A stretch of DNA of 64,000 bases, from NCBI GenBank assembly GCA_902584445.1, contig CACHZY010000003.1, forward strand, positions 30,496 to 94,495, given 5' to 3'. Below, in pieces: positions 20,050 to 30,847 of this stretch; positions within the stretch are counted from its first letter, which is position 1; every line of letters starts with the position of its first letter. The notes below the pieces were generated by a model. It ran no database searches and was not told where the DNA came from. It saw nothing but the letters and a program-made list of their open reading frames with translations. The DNA is from an uncultured Bacteroidota bacterium (GTDB lineage: Bacteria > Bacteroidota > Bacteroidia > Flavobacteriales > Flavobacteriaceae). The position numbers and the translations under genes are program-made.

Positions 20050-21294
20050 TTGCATGTCAATCTAATACTCCCCCCCAAGATTAATCAAGTATACTCTCCG
20101 GAGGCTGTAGAACAGAAAAAAAATTTAAAATATGGCTTTGATTTAAATCTGCATAAAGTAGTTAAGAAAAAAATTCGTCGTGGTGACACCTTTGGTTCAA
20201 TTTTGGAAAACCACGGTATTGACTATCCCGAGGTTTATAATATTCTACAAGCCATAAAAAGAGATGTAGACGTCAAACGACTTGTAACTGGAAAACCATA
20301 CCAGTTGCTGTATACTAAAGATAGTGTCCCCACTCCCAAGGCTTTTATATATGAATATGACGTTCGAAGTTATAAGGTCATTCAGCTGCGGGACAGTATC
20401 TATGGTAAACAAATTAATAAACCCATCAAACTGGTTTTAAGGGAAGGAACTGGAATAATACAGAACTCACTATACGAGACAATGACTAATAGCGGGCTTA
20501 ACGATCAATTGACTTACTATCTATCCGATGTCTATGCTTGGAATATTGATTTTTACAGTTTGCGAAAAGGTGACCGCTTTAAAGTAATTTATCTAGAAAA
20601 ATTTGTAGAGGATACAATCTCAGTAGGTATAGAAAGGATAAAAGCCGCTTTCTTCCAACACGCTGGTAAAGAATTTTATGCTTTTGAATTTAAGCCCGAT
20701 ACAATTAATGGGATTGTAGAATACTTTGACGACAATGCAAAAAATTTAAGACGAGCATTTTTGAAAGCCCCTGTAAAATTTGGTCCAGTAACATCAAGAT
20801 ATAATTTAAAAAGAAGAATTGCTTATTATGGAAATCGTATAAGGCCTCACCGAGGTACAGATTTTGCTGCTAGAGTGGGGACACCAATCCTAGCTACAGC
20901 TAACGGAGTAATTAAAAAATCCTCTTATTCAAGGGGGAATGGAAACTATGTTACAATTAAGCACAATAATACTTTTAGTACCCAATACCTTCACATGAAG
21001 CGTCGTAAGGTTAAAGTGGGTGAATTTGTTAAACAAGGAGAAGTAATTGGATGGGTAGGTATGACAGGATACACTTCAGGACCACATGTCTGTTATCGCT
21101 TCTGGAAAAATGGTAGGCAAGTAGATCCATTTAAACAAAAATTGCCAGAGGCAAAGCCTATTTCAGAAAAGTTAAAAATTACATACTTAAACGCAATTGA
21201 AGATTTGAAAACCCAACTCGATTGTATATCTTTCCAAAACGAAACAACAATCATTAATAATTCAATAGCACTCTCTGAAAGTGACATTAATTAA
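20050..21294 (+). CDS. M23-family (LytM-like) metallopeptidase; its signal peptide lies out of frame upstream
   Basis: HRGTDFAA and GMTGYTSGPHVCYRF zinc-site blocks. An ATG at 19998 encodes MNKIFAFLYSLCVVILIIAC (lipobox) in another frame, joined only through a C7 run. Confidence 0.85.
   Translation: MHVNLILPPKINQVYSPEAVEQKKNLKYGFDLNLHKVVKKKIRRGDTFGSILENHGIDYPEVYNILQAIKRDVDVKRLVTGKPYQLLYTKDSVPTPKAFIYEYDVRSYKVIQLRDSIYGKQINKPIKLVLREGTGIIQNSLYETMTNSGLNDQLTYYLSDVYAWNIDFYSLRKGDRFKVIYLEKFVEDTISVGIERIKAAFFQHAGKEFYAFEFKPDTINGIVEYFDDNAKNLRRAFLKAPVKFGPVTSRYNLKRRIAYYGNRIRPHRGTDFAARVGTPILATANGVIKKSSYSRGNGNYVTIKHNNTFSTQYLHMKRRKVKVGEFVKQGEVIGWVGMTGYTSGPHVCYRFWKNGRQVDPFKQKLPEAKPISEKLKITYLNAIEDLKTQLDCISFQNETTIINNSIALSESDIN
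20070..20076 (+). repeat. C7 homopolymer at the frame junction of the M23 lipoprotein gene
   Basis: Counted directly. C6 would fuse the lipoprotein signal (19998 frame) to the peptidase frame as ..IIACQSNTPPKINQ.. Confidence 0.9.
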
Positions 21295-22927
21295 AAAAAA
21301 TCCAAAGACCTTAGATTCTTGGAAAAAACTCCAATCTAATTTTAATAATCTTTCCCAAAAAAAACTTGCTAATTATTTTACAGAAGATCCCAATCGGTTA
21401 GATAATCTTTCTATTATTTGGAAGTCATTTTATGTTGATTTTTCCAAAAACTTGTTGGATAAATCAACCCTTAAGCTTCTTATTCAATTAGCCAAGGAAT
21501 CGGGGCTTAAAGAAGCGATTTCCTCTTATTTTGAAGGAGAAAAAATAAATGAAACTGAGGAGAGGGCTGTACTACACACCGCTCTTAGAAAAACCTCGCC
21601 CACTCCTGTAGTATTTGAGGGTAAAGACATAGTCCCCGATATCAGCAAGGTAAATGATCAAATGTTTGCTTTTGCAAAGAAAATAATTTCTGGAGAGTGG
21701 AAAGGTTACAGCGGTAAAACTATCTCTCATATAGTAAATATTGGTATCGGAGGTTCAGACCTTGGACCCGCAATGGTAACTGAGGCTTTGGAATTCTATA
21801 AGAATCATTTAGCCATAACCTTCGTTTCCAATGTTGAAGGTGATCATGTTGAAGAGATAATTAAACAAATTGATCCTGAAACAACCCTTTTTATAGTAGT
21901 TTCAAAAAGCTTTACAACTCAAGAAACACTTAGTAATGCTAATGCCATAAGAAAATGGTTTTTAACTCATGCCCCAGAAAGTGCTATTAGGAAGCATTTT
22001 ATTGCGGTTTCCTCTAGTTTGGAAAAAGTAACCGCTTTTGGCATCTCCGAGAAAAATATTTTTTCGATGAATGACTGGGTGGGAGGTCGGTTTTCCCTTT
22101 GGAGTTCAGTTGGTCTTAGTATCTGTTTGTCAGTTGGCCCTGATAACTTTAAGAAATTATTAGAAGGAGCGGGGGCAATGGATGATCATTTTCGTTCCTC
22201 TAATTTCAAAGAAAATATTCCTGTGATTTTAGCTCTAATCACTGTGTGGTATAATAATTTTTGGGAGGCAGAAACTGAGGCAATAATTCCCTATTCCCAA
22301 TACCTGAGAAGTTTTCCCGCCTACCTTCAACAAGGCATTATGGAAAGTAATGGAAAAGGAATTGACCGAAATGGAAAGCCTGTTGATTACCAAACTGGAA
22401 ATATTATCTGGGGTGCATCAGGAACCAATGCACAGCATGCCTTTTTTCAGCTAATGCATCAAGGAACAAAACTTATTCCTGCAGATTTTATCGGATTTGC
22501 CAAGCCACTTCATGAGGGAAATGATCATCACGACAAGTTGATGTCCAACTTTTTTGCGCAAACGCAAGCCTTAATGCAGGGTAAAAGCGCCCAAAAAGTT
22601 ACTGATGAACTAAAGTCACAAGGGAAATCATATGCTGAAATTGAAAAACTATTACCATTTAAAGTTTTTGAAGGCAATAGACCTTCCAATACGATATTTA
22701 TTGATCAGCTAACCCCATTTAATATGGGTGCTCTAATTGCTCTTTATGAACACCGAATTTTTGTTCAAGGAGTTATATGGAATATTTTCAGTTATGATCA
22801 ATGGGGAGTGGAACTAGGTAAACAATTAGCAAACAATATTCTAAATGATTTTGATAAAGACAATTTAGACCATCACGACCCTTCAACAACAGCATTAATC
22901 AATCACTACAAAAAGATCAGAATCTAA
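21281..22927 (+). CDS. pgi: glucose-6-phosphate isomerase
   Basis: IGIGGSDLGP, SKSFTTQET and GKQLA blocks; 548 aa; GTG start. Confidence 0.95.
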   Translation: MTLIKKNPKTLDSWKKLQSNFNNLSQKKLANYFTEDPNRLDNLSIIWKSFYVDFSKNLLDKSTLKLLIQLAKESGLKEAISSYFEGEKINETEERAVLHTALRKTSPTPVVFEGKDIVPDISKVNDQMFAFAKKIISGEWKGYSGKTISHIVNIGIGGSDLGPAMVTEALEFYKNHLAITFVSNVEGDHVEEIIKQIDPETTLFIVVSKSFTTQETLSNANAIRKWFLTHAPESAIRKHFIAVSSSLEKVTAFGISEKNIFSMNDWVGGRFSLWSSVGLSICLSVGPDNFKKLLEGAGAMDDHFRSSNFKENIPVILALITVWYNNFWEAETEAIIPYSQYLRSFPAYLQQGIMESNGKGIDRNGKPVDYQTGNIIWGASGTNAQHAFFQLMHQGTKLIPADFIGFAKPLHEGNDHHDKLMSNFFAQTQALMQGKSAQKVTDELKSQGKSYAEIEKLLPFKVFEGNRPSNTIFIDQLTPFNMGALIALYEHRIFVQGVIWNIFSYDQWGVELGKQLANNILNDFDKDNLDHHDPSTTALINHYKKIRI

Positions 22928-24605
22928 GATCTTTTAATTTAAGCTGCAAGGAGACCTTTCCATTAAATTCATTCTCCTCAACAGTATAAAGCAATTTAAA
23001 AGAATCCCGACTTTTTATTCTGCTAATATGATCTGCCATTCCAAATCCAATCCCCGAAAGGGTTAATCCTGAATCATCAATGGTATATAATTTCAGGTGA
23101 GTTTTATCCTCCCCTATAACTCGAGATTTTCCTGCATCTATACAGTTCTTAGTCATAAAAACAGGCCGAAAATTCCCTGGCCCAAAAGGAGCCATCTGAT
23201 TCATGATACGATAAAATTTTGGGGTGATTTTATCGAAAGAAATTTCCATGTCATAATTAACACTAGGGACTCTTTGCTCTGGTTTAATGATTGCAGCAAC
23301 AGCTTGTTCAAAAGCCTTTTTAAAAGGAATATATTCCTCTGCTTTAATTGTTAGTCCCGCAGCATATCGATGTCCCCCAAATTTTTCGATATGGTCCTTA
23401 CAAGATTCCAAAATTTGGTATATATCTACACCTTTAACGGACCTTACTGAGCCAGTAAAAAAACCTCCAGAAGCAGCAAATACAATTGTAGGACGATAAT
23501 ATGTTTCAATCAATCTAGATGCAACTATGCCCACAACCCCCTTATGCCAATCAGGTTGAAAAACCACAGAAGAGTAATTATTTTGCTCCTGGTTCTCCAC
23601 TATTTGATTTAATGCTTGCTCAGTAATACGTTGATCTAAAGCTTTTCTTTCAATGTTAAATAGTTCAATAGCCCTTCCTATTGAAAGGGCGTCTTTTGGA
23701 TCCTTGCAAAGCAATAATTTTACGGCCTGAGAGCCGTGTCTCATCCTACCTGCCCCATTAATTCTGGGGGCAATGACAAAAATTAAATCTGATACATTCA
23801 ATTTCCTTTTAAGTCCAGAAATAAATAGCTTTATCCCCTCCCTAGGCTGATCTCTGATTTGTACTAACCCATAATGAGTTAATATCCTATTCTCCCCAAG
23901 AATCGGGACAATATCCGCAGCAATGGCCATCGCTACTAGGTCCAAATAAGGAAGAATTGTTTCCAAGGGCAATCCACGCTCTTGAGACAAAGCATGTATT
24001 AGCTTAAACCCAATTCCACAACCGCACAAATCCTTAAAAGGATAGTCACAGTTATTTTGTTTTGGGTCTAAAATGGCAATGGCATCGGGTAAATTTGCAC
24101 CGGGTAAGTGGTGATCGCAGATTATAAAATCTATCCCAAGCTCACTGGCATACTTAACATTATCTAGTGCCCTAATACCACAATCTAAAGCAATAATTAA
24201 GCTAATTGATTCTTTTTTGGCATGATCAATTCCTTTTTTGGAAATCCCATAACCCTCCTCATAACGATCAGGAATGTAATAGATACAATCAGGATAATAA
24301 GAGGTTAAATAGGAAAAGACCAATGCAACAGAAGTCGTTCCATCGACATCATAATCTCCATATACCATTATTTTTTCATTACTTTCAATCGCAGTCGAGA
24401 TACGATTGACAGCGGCTTCCATCCCCAGCATTAAATAAGGATCATGCAAGTCAGATAATTCAGGTCGAAAAAAATTCTTAGCTGTGTCAAAGTCTTGAAT
24501 TCCTCGTTGAACCAAAAGATTCGCTATTTCGAAAGGAACACCAATATTCTCTTGTAATGTTTTGATTTTATCTTCCTCACCTAAAGATCTGGGTTTCCAT
24601 TCCAT
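22917..24605 (-). CDS. recJ: single-stranded-DNA-specific exonuclease RecJ
   Basis: DHH-family motifs (GDYDVDGTTS, LDCG, ICDHH) and DHHA1 (GGHRYAAG). Confidence 0.93.
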   Translation of the reverse strand: MEWKPRSLGEEDKIKTLQENIGVPFEIANLLVQRGIQDFDTAKNFFRPELSDLHDPYLMLGMEAAVNRISTAIESNEKIMVYGDYDVDGTTSVALVFSYLTSYYPDCIYYIPDRYEEGYGISKKGIDHAKKESISLIIALDCGIRALDNVKYASELGIDFIICDHHLPGANLPDAIAILDPKQNNCDYPFKDLCGCGIGFKLIHALSQERGLPLETILPYLDLVAMAIAADIVPILGENRILTHYGLVQIRDQPREGIKLFISGLKRKLNVSDLIFVIAPRINGAGRMRHGSQAVKLLLCKDPKDALSIGRAIELFNIERKALDQRITEQALNQIVENQEQNNYSSVVFQPDWHKGVVGIVASRLIETYYRPTIVFAASGGFFTGSVRSVKGVDIYQILESCKDHIEKFGGHRYAAGLTIKAEEYIPFKKAFEQAVAAIIKPEQRVPSVNYDMEISFDKITPKFYRIMNQMAPFGPGNFRPVFMTKNCIDAGKSRVIGEDKTHLKLYTIDDSGLTLSGIGFGMADHISRIKSRDSFKLLYTVEENEFNGKVSLQLKLKDLRF

Positions 24606-25288
24606 CAGCGATTATTCTTTTGACTCCCTAATAAACAAATGACAAATTCACCTTTGGGTGCATGATGGAAAAAATGATCAGCAGCCTCACTAAGGGACCC
24701 TCTAAATGTTTCCTCATAAATTTTTGAAAGTTCCCTCGAAACAGAAACCGCTCGCTCAGGCCCAAAAAAATCAATCAATTGGTTTAATGTTTTTAAAATC
24801 TTGTGAGGAGATTCATAAAAAATAATCGTTCTGGGTTCGTCCATAAGGTTTTCTAGTCGTTTATTCCTTCCCTTTTTTAGGGGTAAAAACCCCTCAAACA
24901 CAAATCGTTCTGCGGATAAACCACTTTGAATTAGAGCAGGAATTAAAGCAGTTGGACCCGGTAAGCAATTCACCTCGATATCATTCATTATTGCTTCACG
25001 AACCAATAAAAATCCAGGGTCTGATATCCCTGGGGTTCCCGCATCTGAAATTACAGCAATCGTCAATCCGGATTTTAATTTTGAAATTACTTCACTAAGT
25101 TTTCTGTGTTCATTGTGCATATGAAAACTTACTAGAGGTTTATGAATATTGTAATATTTAAGAAGCTTACTACTGACTCGAGTATCTTCTGCTAAAATTA
25201 GGTCAGCTGTATTCAATGTTTCAACCGCCCTGAATGTCATATCTCCAAGATTGCCAATGGGTGTTGGTACCAAAAAAAGCTTTCCCAT
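24605..25288 (-). CDS. rsmI: 16S rRNA (cytidine1402-2'-O)-methyltransferase
   Basis: LFLVPTPIGNLGDMT N-terminus, tetrapyrrole-methylase fold, 227 aa. Confidence 0.9.
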   Translation of the reverse strand: MGKLFLVPTPIGNLGDMTFRAVETLNTADLILAEDTRVSSKLLKYYNIHKPLVSFHMHNEHRKLSEVISKLKSGLTIAVISDAGTPGISDPGFLLVREAIMNDIEVNCLPGPTALIPALIQSGLSAERFVFEGFLPLKKGRNKRLENLMDEPRTIIFYESPHKILKTLNQLIDFFGPERAVSVSRELSKIYEETFRGSLSEAADHFFHHAPKGEFVICLLGSQKNNR

Positions 25289-25315
25289 AAAGTTTAACCG
25301 ATTATTAAAGCTATT

Positions 25316-25969
25316 TTAAAAATTATTTTCAATAATTTTTAAAAAACGTTCCTCATATAATTCTTTTCCTTTCCAGTTATCATAATCTGGCTTGACCATC
25401 TCCAAAATGAAAACTTTTGCTTGATTCCAAGATTGAAAAGTAGAAATTTGTGAAATGGCTCTTTGATATTCATTTGGCCTTTTATCAAATAAGTGTTTTA
25501 TAAATGCCAGTCTATCATTCAAGTCGATTTGTAATCCTTTGGAAAATTTATCATTCAATCTTTCTTTAATAATTTCTTTTTGGGTAGAAACCTTTTCTTT
25601 TGGTTCGAATGATAAATCCTGGGTTGTCAACTCATCTATTTGTGCCTCATGGCTTATTTTTTCATGGGTTTCTTTGACAATATCCTTGACTGAATTATTC
25701 AAATCAGGTAGGTCTTGCCTATCAGTCATTTGAAAATCCTCCTCCTTATTTTCCCTGTTATCAGCCTTAATAAAATCAATCGTATTATCAAGTTTTAAAT
25801 CTAATTCCTGGGACAGGTCACCACTTAACTCTTCAGAGTACTTGATCAGGATAAGTTGCTCCAATAACGAAAGGGTTTGGTCATAAGCCTTTTGTAAATC
25901 TAGGGTTTTATCTTTTTCCAAAATTTCTTTTGCAATTCTAAAAAGTTCTTGATAGATTTTTTTAGACAT
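25316..25969 (-). CDS. hypothetical acidic protein
   Basis: Long uninterrupted ORF, divergent from tdk, Glu/Asp/Lys-rich centre; no recognisable motif. Confidence 0.4.
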   Translation of the reverse strand: MSKKIYQELFRIAKEILEKDKTLDLQKAYDQTLSLLEQLILIKYSEELSGDLSQELDLKLDNTIDFIKADNRENKEEDFQMTDRQDLPDLNNSVKDIVKETHEKISHEAQIDELTTQDLSFEPKEKVSTQKEIIKERLNDKFSKGLQIDLNDRLAFIKHLFDKRPNEYQRAISQISTFQSWNQAKVFILEMVKPDYDNWKGKELYEERFLKIIENNF

Positions 25970-26028
25970 AAATTGTGCGATTACAAACGTTAGTTTTTAA
26001 TACCTTTGTTTTTCTTGAAAATTACAAA

Positions 26029-26613
26029 ATGTTTTTAGAAAATCCTGTAAACCACAATGAACAATTTGGTTGGATCGAGGTGATCTGTGGATCGATGTTT
26101 TCAGGAAAAACCGAGGAATTAATCCGCCGATTAAAACGTGCTCAGTTTGCAAAACAAAAAATAGAGATATTTAAGCCCTCAATAGACCAGAGGTTCGATG
26201 ATAATCTGGTAACCTCACATGATGCCAATCAAATTCTTTCAACTGCTGTTCCAGCTGCGGCAAATATTTATATTCTAGCAAATGATTGTCAAGTAATTGG
26301 TATTGATGAGGCCCAGTTTTTTGATGATGAAATTGTAAAAGTTTGTAATGATCTTGCTAATCGTGGAGTTCGTGTAATTGTCGCAGGTTTAGATATGGAT
26401 TTTAAAGGTAATCCCTTTGGACCCATGCCCGCATTAATGGCAACAGCAGAATACATAACTAAATTACACGCTATTTGTACCCATACTGGAAATTTAGCCC
26501 ATTATAGCTATAGAAAGTCAGAACAAAAAGATCTAGTGGTCCTTGGTGAAAAAAAAGATTATAAACCCCTTAGTCGTTCTGCATTTTACAAGATGAATAA
26601 AAAAAAGAGATAA
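26029..26613 (+). CDS. tdk: thymidine kinase
   Basis: GSMFSGKTEEL P-loop. ATG at 26029 preferred over the upstream alternative start of the track ORF. Confidence 0.92.
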   Translation: MFLENPVNHNEQFGWIEVICGSMFSGKTEELIRRLKRAQFAKQKIEIFKPSIDQRFDDNLVTSHDANQILSTAVPAAANIYILANDCQVIGIDEAQFFDDEIVKVCNDLANRGVRVIVAGLDMDFKGNPFGPMPALMATAEYITKLHAICTHTGNLAHYSYRKSEQKDLVVLGEKKDYKPLSRSAFYKMNKKKR

Positions 26614-26631
26614 AATCAAAATCATTAACCC

Positions 26632-27720
26632 TTGAGTTTTCTTGAAATTAATTTAAAAAAACTGACCCATAATTATAAATCCATAAGGAGTCTATTAGAG
26701 CCAAGGGTAAAAATGATTGGAGTAGTTAAGGCCAATGCCTACGGAAGTGCAGTTGATGTTATTGCTAAAAAATTAGTTTCACTAGGCATTGATGCGCTTG
26801 CAGTCGCTTATACCAATGAAGGAGTTGCTTTGAGAAGGGCAGGAATTCAAATCCCCGTTATAGTATTTTATCCTCAGGTTCATAATTTTAAAAAAATTAT
26901 TGAACAACAGTTAGAACCTGCACTTTACAGTAAGAGAAGTTGGCTTAAGTTCATAAGTATTGTTAAAGAAACAAGAAATTATAATTATCCTATTCATGTT
27001 AAATACAATACAGGACTGAATCGAATTGGGTTTAATCCAAACGATATAGACTGGGTAATAGCAGAGTTAAAACATAGCCCTATTCAATTAAAAAGTATTT
27101 ATTCTCATTTGGGTGCGTCAGAAGCAAGAAGACCTGATCAAAAAACAGATTCTCAAATTGACCTTTTTAAAAAAATAATCAGCAAACACAAGAAAAATGC
27201 CACAGAAAAAATTGACTTTCACCTTTTGAATACCTCAGGTATTTTTAATTATCCCAATTATCATTTAGACTGGGTTAGAACTGGAATTGGTTTATATGGA
27301 TTTGCGAACCAATTTGATTGGAATAAAAGGCTAAAACCGATAGCCACTTTAAAAACAACCATTACCCAAATTCATAAAATAAGTAAAGGGGTGACTGTCG
27401 GATATAATTGTGGATGGACAGCTTCTAATGATACCCAAATCGCTGTAATCCCCCTTGGCCATGCAGACGGAATTGCAAGGCATTACGGACATGGAAAAGG
27501 TTGGGTATTAATCAATGGTAAAAAAGCACCAATGGTTGGAAATATTTGTATGGATATGACCATGGTTGAAATCGGTCAAATCAACTGTAAAGAGGGGAGT
27601 GAAGTAATTGTTTTTGGTACTAAAGGAAGGGCAGACGACCTTGCTGAAGACTCAGGAACAATTTCATATGAATTACTTTCAGGGCTTAGCTCGCGCATCT
27701 CTAGAAAAGTAGTTGAATAA
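26632..27720 (+). CDS. alr: alanine racemase
   Basis: VVKANAYG (PLP lysine) near the N-terminus; 362 aa; TTG start. Confidence 0.9.
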   Translation: MSFLEINLKKLTHNYKSIRSLLEPRVKMIGVVKANAYGSAVDVIAKKLVSLGIDALAVAYTNEGVALRRAGIQIPVIVFYPQVHNFKKIIEQQLEPALYSKRSWLKFISIVKETRNYNYPIHVKYNTGLNRIGFNPNDIDWVIAELKHSPIQLKSIYSHLGASEARRPDQKTDSQIDLFKKIISKHKKNATEKIDFHLLNTSGIFNYPNYHLDWVRTGIGLYGFANQFDWNKRLKPIATLKTTITQIHKISKGVTVGYNCGWTASNDTQIAVIPLGHADGIARHYGHGKGWVLINGKKAPMVGNICMDMTMVEIGQINCKEGSEVIVFGTKGRADDLAEDSGTISYELLSGLSSRISRKVVE

Positions 27721-27830
27721 TTCCATTCGAAATGTGTTATAATTCAAACAATTAATTTGAATTTTGAAAAAAAACATTTCGAAGTTGTAAGCCCTCATTT
27801 AAAGATTAATTTTACTTAAAATTTAAAAAA

Positions 27831-28820
27831 ATGAAATTAGCAGTAGTTGGAGCAACAGGGATGGTCGGTGAGGTGATGCTTAGGGTTCTTTCAGAACGCA
27901 ATTTTCCCTTAACCGAATTAATCCCGGTAGCCTCAGAGCGTTCAGTAGGTAAGAAAATTTATTATCAAGGGAATAGTCTTGAGGTTTTAGGGCTTTCAAC
28001 TGCTGTATCTATGGCTCCAGATTTGGCGCTATTTTCAGCCGGTGGTGACACTTCATTGGAGTGGGCGCCAAAATTTGCTGAAGTTGGAACCGTTGTCATT
28101 GACAACTCTTCTGCTTGGCGAATGGATCCTAATAAAAAATTAATTATTCCTGAAATCAATTCACAAATTTTAACTAAAAAGGATCGAATAATTGCTAACC
28201 CTAATTGCTCTACCATTCAGATGTTAATGGCGCTTGCGCCGCTTAAAAATACTTACGGGATTAATAGAATTGTTGTATCGACTTACCAATCTATAACTGG
28301 GACCGGTATAAAAGCAGTAGAACAATTAGAAAATGAGTCCCTCAATGTTAAGGGTGAGATGGCCTACCCTTATCCTATTCACCAAAATGCTCTCCCCCAC
28401 TGTGATATTTTTATGGATAATGGCTATACTAAAGAGGAAATGAAACTTGTAAATGAAACACATAAAATTTTGGGAGATGAGAGTATTAGAATAACTGCTA
28501 CGGCAATTAGAATCCCTGTAGTTGGTGGTCATAGTGAATCCATCAATATTCAGCTTAAAAGTGAATTTCAATTAGACGATATTAGAAAATTACTTCATGA
28601 AAGTCCAGGAATAGTTCTTCAAGACAATCCAGATACTAATACCTATCCAATGCCCATTTATGCAAAAGGTAAGGATGAAGTTTTCGTAGGTAGAATCAGA
28701 AAAGACTTCTCACAAGAAAACTCTATTAACCTATGGGTTGTATCAGATAACTTGAGAAAAGGTGCAGCAACAAATACAATTCAAATAGCCGAGTATTTGA
28801 TCAAGAACGATCTTATTTAA
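27831..28820 (+). CDS. asd: aspartate-semialdehyde dehydrogenase
   Basis: VVGATGMVG N-terminus, active-site NPNCSTI, 329 aa. Confidence 0.93.
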   Translation: MKLAVVGATGMVGEVMLRVLSERNFPLTELIPVASERSVGKKIYYQGNSLEVLGLSTAVSMAPDLALFSAGGDTSLEWAPKFAEVGTVVIDNSSAWRMDPNKKLIIPEINSQILTKKDRIIANPNCSTIQMLMALAPLKNTYGINRIVVSTYQSITGTGIKAVEQLENESLNVKGEMAYPYPIHQNALPHCDIFMDNGYTKEEMKLVNETHKILGDESIRITATAIRIPVVGGHSESINIQLKSEFQLDDIRKLLHESPGIVLQDNPDTNTYPMPIYAKGKDEVFVGRIRKDFSQENSINLWVVSDNLRKGAATNTIQIAEYLIKNDLI

Positions 28821-28973
28821 TAGAAGTAATTATTATTTCTTTTAATTAACATTAGCTAAACAAACCAACTTTTACCTAGACTATATTACTCTGTTAAATA
28901 TAAAAATTTACGCTTTAGTGGATAAAAGTCACTAACTAATATTAGTGTCATGTTAAATTATTTAAAAAATATT

Positions 28974-30314
28974 TTATTCATCCATAGAAAATGATTCCAT
29001 AAATTTTGTAGTGTAGTTTCCTGAAATGTAATTGGGATGGTCCATTAACTTTCTGTGGAAAGGGATAGTAGTCTTAACCCCTTCGATTACAAATTCATCC
29101 AATGCTCTTTTCATTTTATTTATTGCCTCCTCTCTAGTCTGAGCTGTGGTTATTAATTTTGCAATCATTGAGTCATAGTGGGGAGGGATAATATATCCAC
29201 TATAAACGTGAGTATCAAGTCTAACGCCATGACCTCCTGGAAAATGTAAAGTATTAATTAGTCCTGGACTAGGTCTAAAATCGTTATAGGGGTCCTCTGC
29301 ATTAATCCTACATTCAATAGAGTGCATTTTTGGTAAGTAATTTTTTCCTTTTATAGCAACTCCTGCTGCAACCATTATTTGCTCTCGAATTAAATCAAAA
29401 TTAATGACCTGCTCAGTAATCGGGTGTTCTACCTGAATTCGGGTATTCATCTCCATGAAATAAAAGTTTCGATTTTTATCAACCAAAAACTCTATAGTTC
29501 CAGCCCCCTCGTATCGAATAAATTCCGCAGCTTTTACAGCAGCTTCTCCCATTTTATTCCTCAACTCATTGGTCATGAAAGGGGATGGGGTTTCCTCTGT
29601 CAGCTTTTGGTGCCTTCTTTGAACGGAACAGTCCCTTTCAGAAAGATGACAAGCCTTACCATTCGAGTCTCCAACTATCTGAATTTCTATGTGACGCGGT
29701 TCCTCGATTAGCTTTTCAATATACATCCCGTTATTACCGAATGAAGCAGTTGCTTCCTGTCTGGCACTTTCCCACGCCTTTTCCAGATCATCCTTGTTCC
29801 AAACAGCGCGCATACCTTTACCTCCACCACCAGCAGTTGCCTTTAACATAATAGGATAACCAATATTTTTGGCTATTTTTTTTGAATGCTCAAAAGATTC
29901 TAATATTCCTTCAGAGCCCGGAATTGTAGGAACTCCTGCCTCCTTCATTGTGGCTTTTGCACTAGCTTTATCTCCCATTTTCTCAATCATTTCAGGTGAA
30001 GCTCCAATAAATTTTATTCCATGCTCTTTACAAATTTTAGAAAACTTAGCATTTTCAGATAAAAACCCATAACCAGGATGAATCGCGTCCGCATTACATA
30101 TTTCTGCAGCAGCCATAATATTTGCCATTTTTAAATAAGACTCTGTGCTTGGAGCAGGACCAATACAAACCGCTTCATCCGCGAATCGAACATGTAAGCT
30201 TTCTTGATCAGCAGTTGAATAAACAGCTACTGTTCTGATTCCCATCTCTTTACAGGTTCTAATCAATCGCATAGCGATTTCTCCTCTATTGGCAATTAAA
30301 ATTTTCTTAAACAT
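28974..30314 (-). CDS. accC: acetyl-CoA carboxylase biotin carboxylase subunit
   Basis: [33 protein letters not shown] blocks; 446 aa. Confidence 0.97.
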   Translation of the reverse strand: MFKKILIANRGEIAMRLIRTCKEMGIRTVAVYSTADQESLHVRFADEAVCIGPAPSTESYLKMANIMAAAEICNADAIHPGYGFLSENAKFSKICKEHGIKFIGASPEMIEKMGDKASAKATMKEAGVPTIPGSEGILESFEHSKKIAKNIGYPIMLKATAGGGGKGMRAVWNKDDLEKAWESARQEATASFGNNGMYIEKLIEEPRHIEIQIVGDSNGKACHLSERDCSVQRRHQKLTEETPSPFMTNELRNKMGEAAVKAAEFIRYEGAGTIEFLVDKNRNFYFMEMNTRIQVEHPITEQVINFDLIREQIMVAAGVAIKGKNYLPKMHSIECRINAEDPYNDFRPSPGLINTLHFPGGHGVRLDTHVYSGYIIPPHYDSMIAKLITTAQTREEAINKMKRALDEFVIEGVKTTIPFHRKLMDHPNYISGNYTTKFMESFSMDE

Positions 30315-30325
30315 TTTGGAGATAT

Positions 30326-30829
30326 TTAAACTGGTTCAACTAAAAATAAAGGTTGGTCGAATTCAACTGGTGAAGAGTCATCAACTAATATTTTTACAAT
30401 TTTTCCACTAACCTCTGACTCAATCTCATTAAATAATTTCATCGCCTCAACGACACACAGGACGTCCCCTTCATTAATAATATCTCCAACTTCAATAAAT
30501 ACTTTTTTATCTGGAGATGGTTTACGATAAAAGGTTCCAATCATAGGAGATTTAATAGTAATTAAATTATCTGATCCCTCATCGAAAACATCTGTTTCAG
30601 TAATTTTCTGAGGGGATAAATCTTTTTTAGGAGTAACTACTACTTCCTGAGGCTGAGGCGTGGAAACGACCATACTGGAAATAGGTTGTACAGGACTATT
30701 GGTCTCCTGAACAGAGGTTTGTGCATTTGCTTTTATAGTAATTTTAAAATCATCCATCTCCAGTTTTACCTCGTGAGCTCCTGATTTTGCTACAAATTTG
30801 ATTAAGTTTTGAATTTCTTTAATTTCCAT
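30326..30829 (-). CDS. accB: biotin carboxyl carrier protein
   Basis: C-terminal biotinyl domain with the EAMKL biotinylation motif; Pro/Val-rich linker. Confidence 0.93.
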   Translation of the reverse strand: MEIKEIQNLIKFVAKSGAHEVKLEMDDFKITIKANAQTSVQETNSPVQPISSMVVSTPQPQEVVVTPKKDLSPQKITETDVFDEGSDNLITIKSPMIGTFYRKPSPDKKVFIEVGDIINEGDVLCVVEAMKLFNEIESEVSGKIVKILVDDSSPVEFDQPLFLVEPV

Positions 30830-30847
30830 TTTAAAATCATTTATTTT

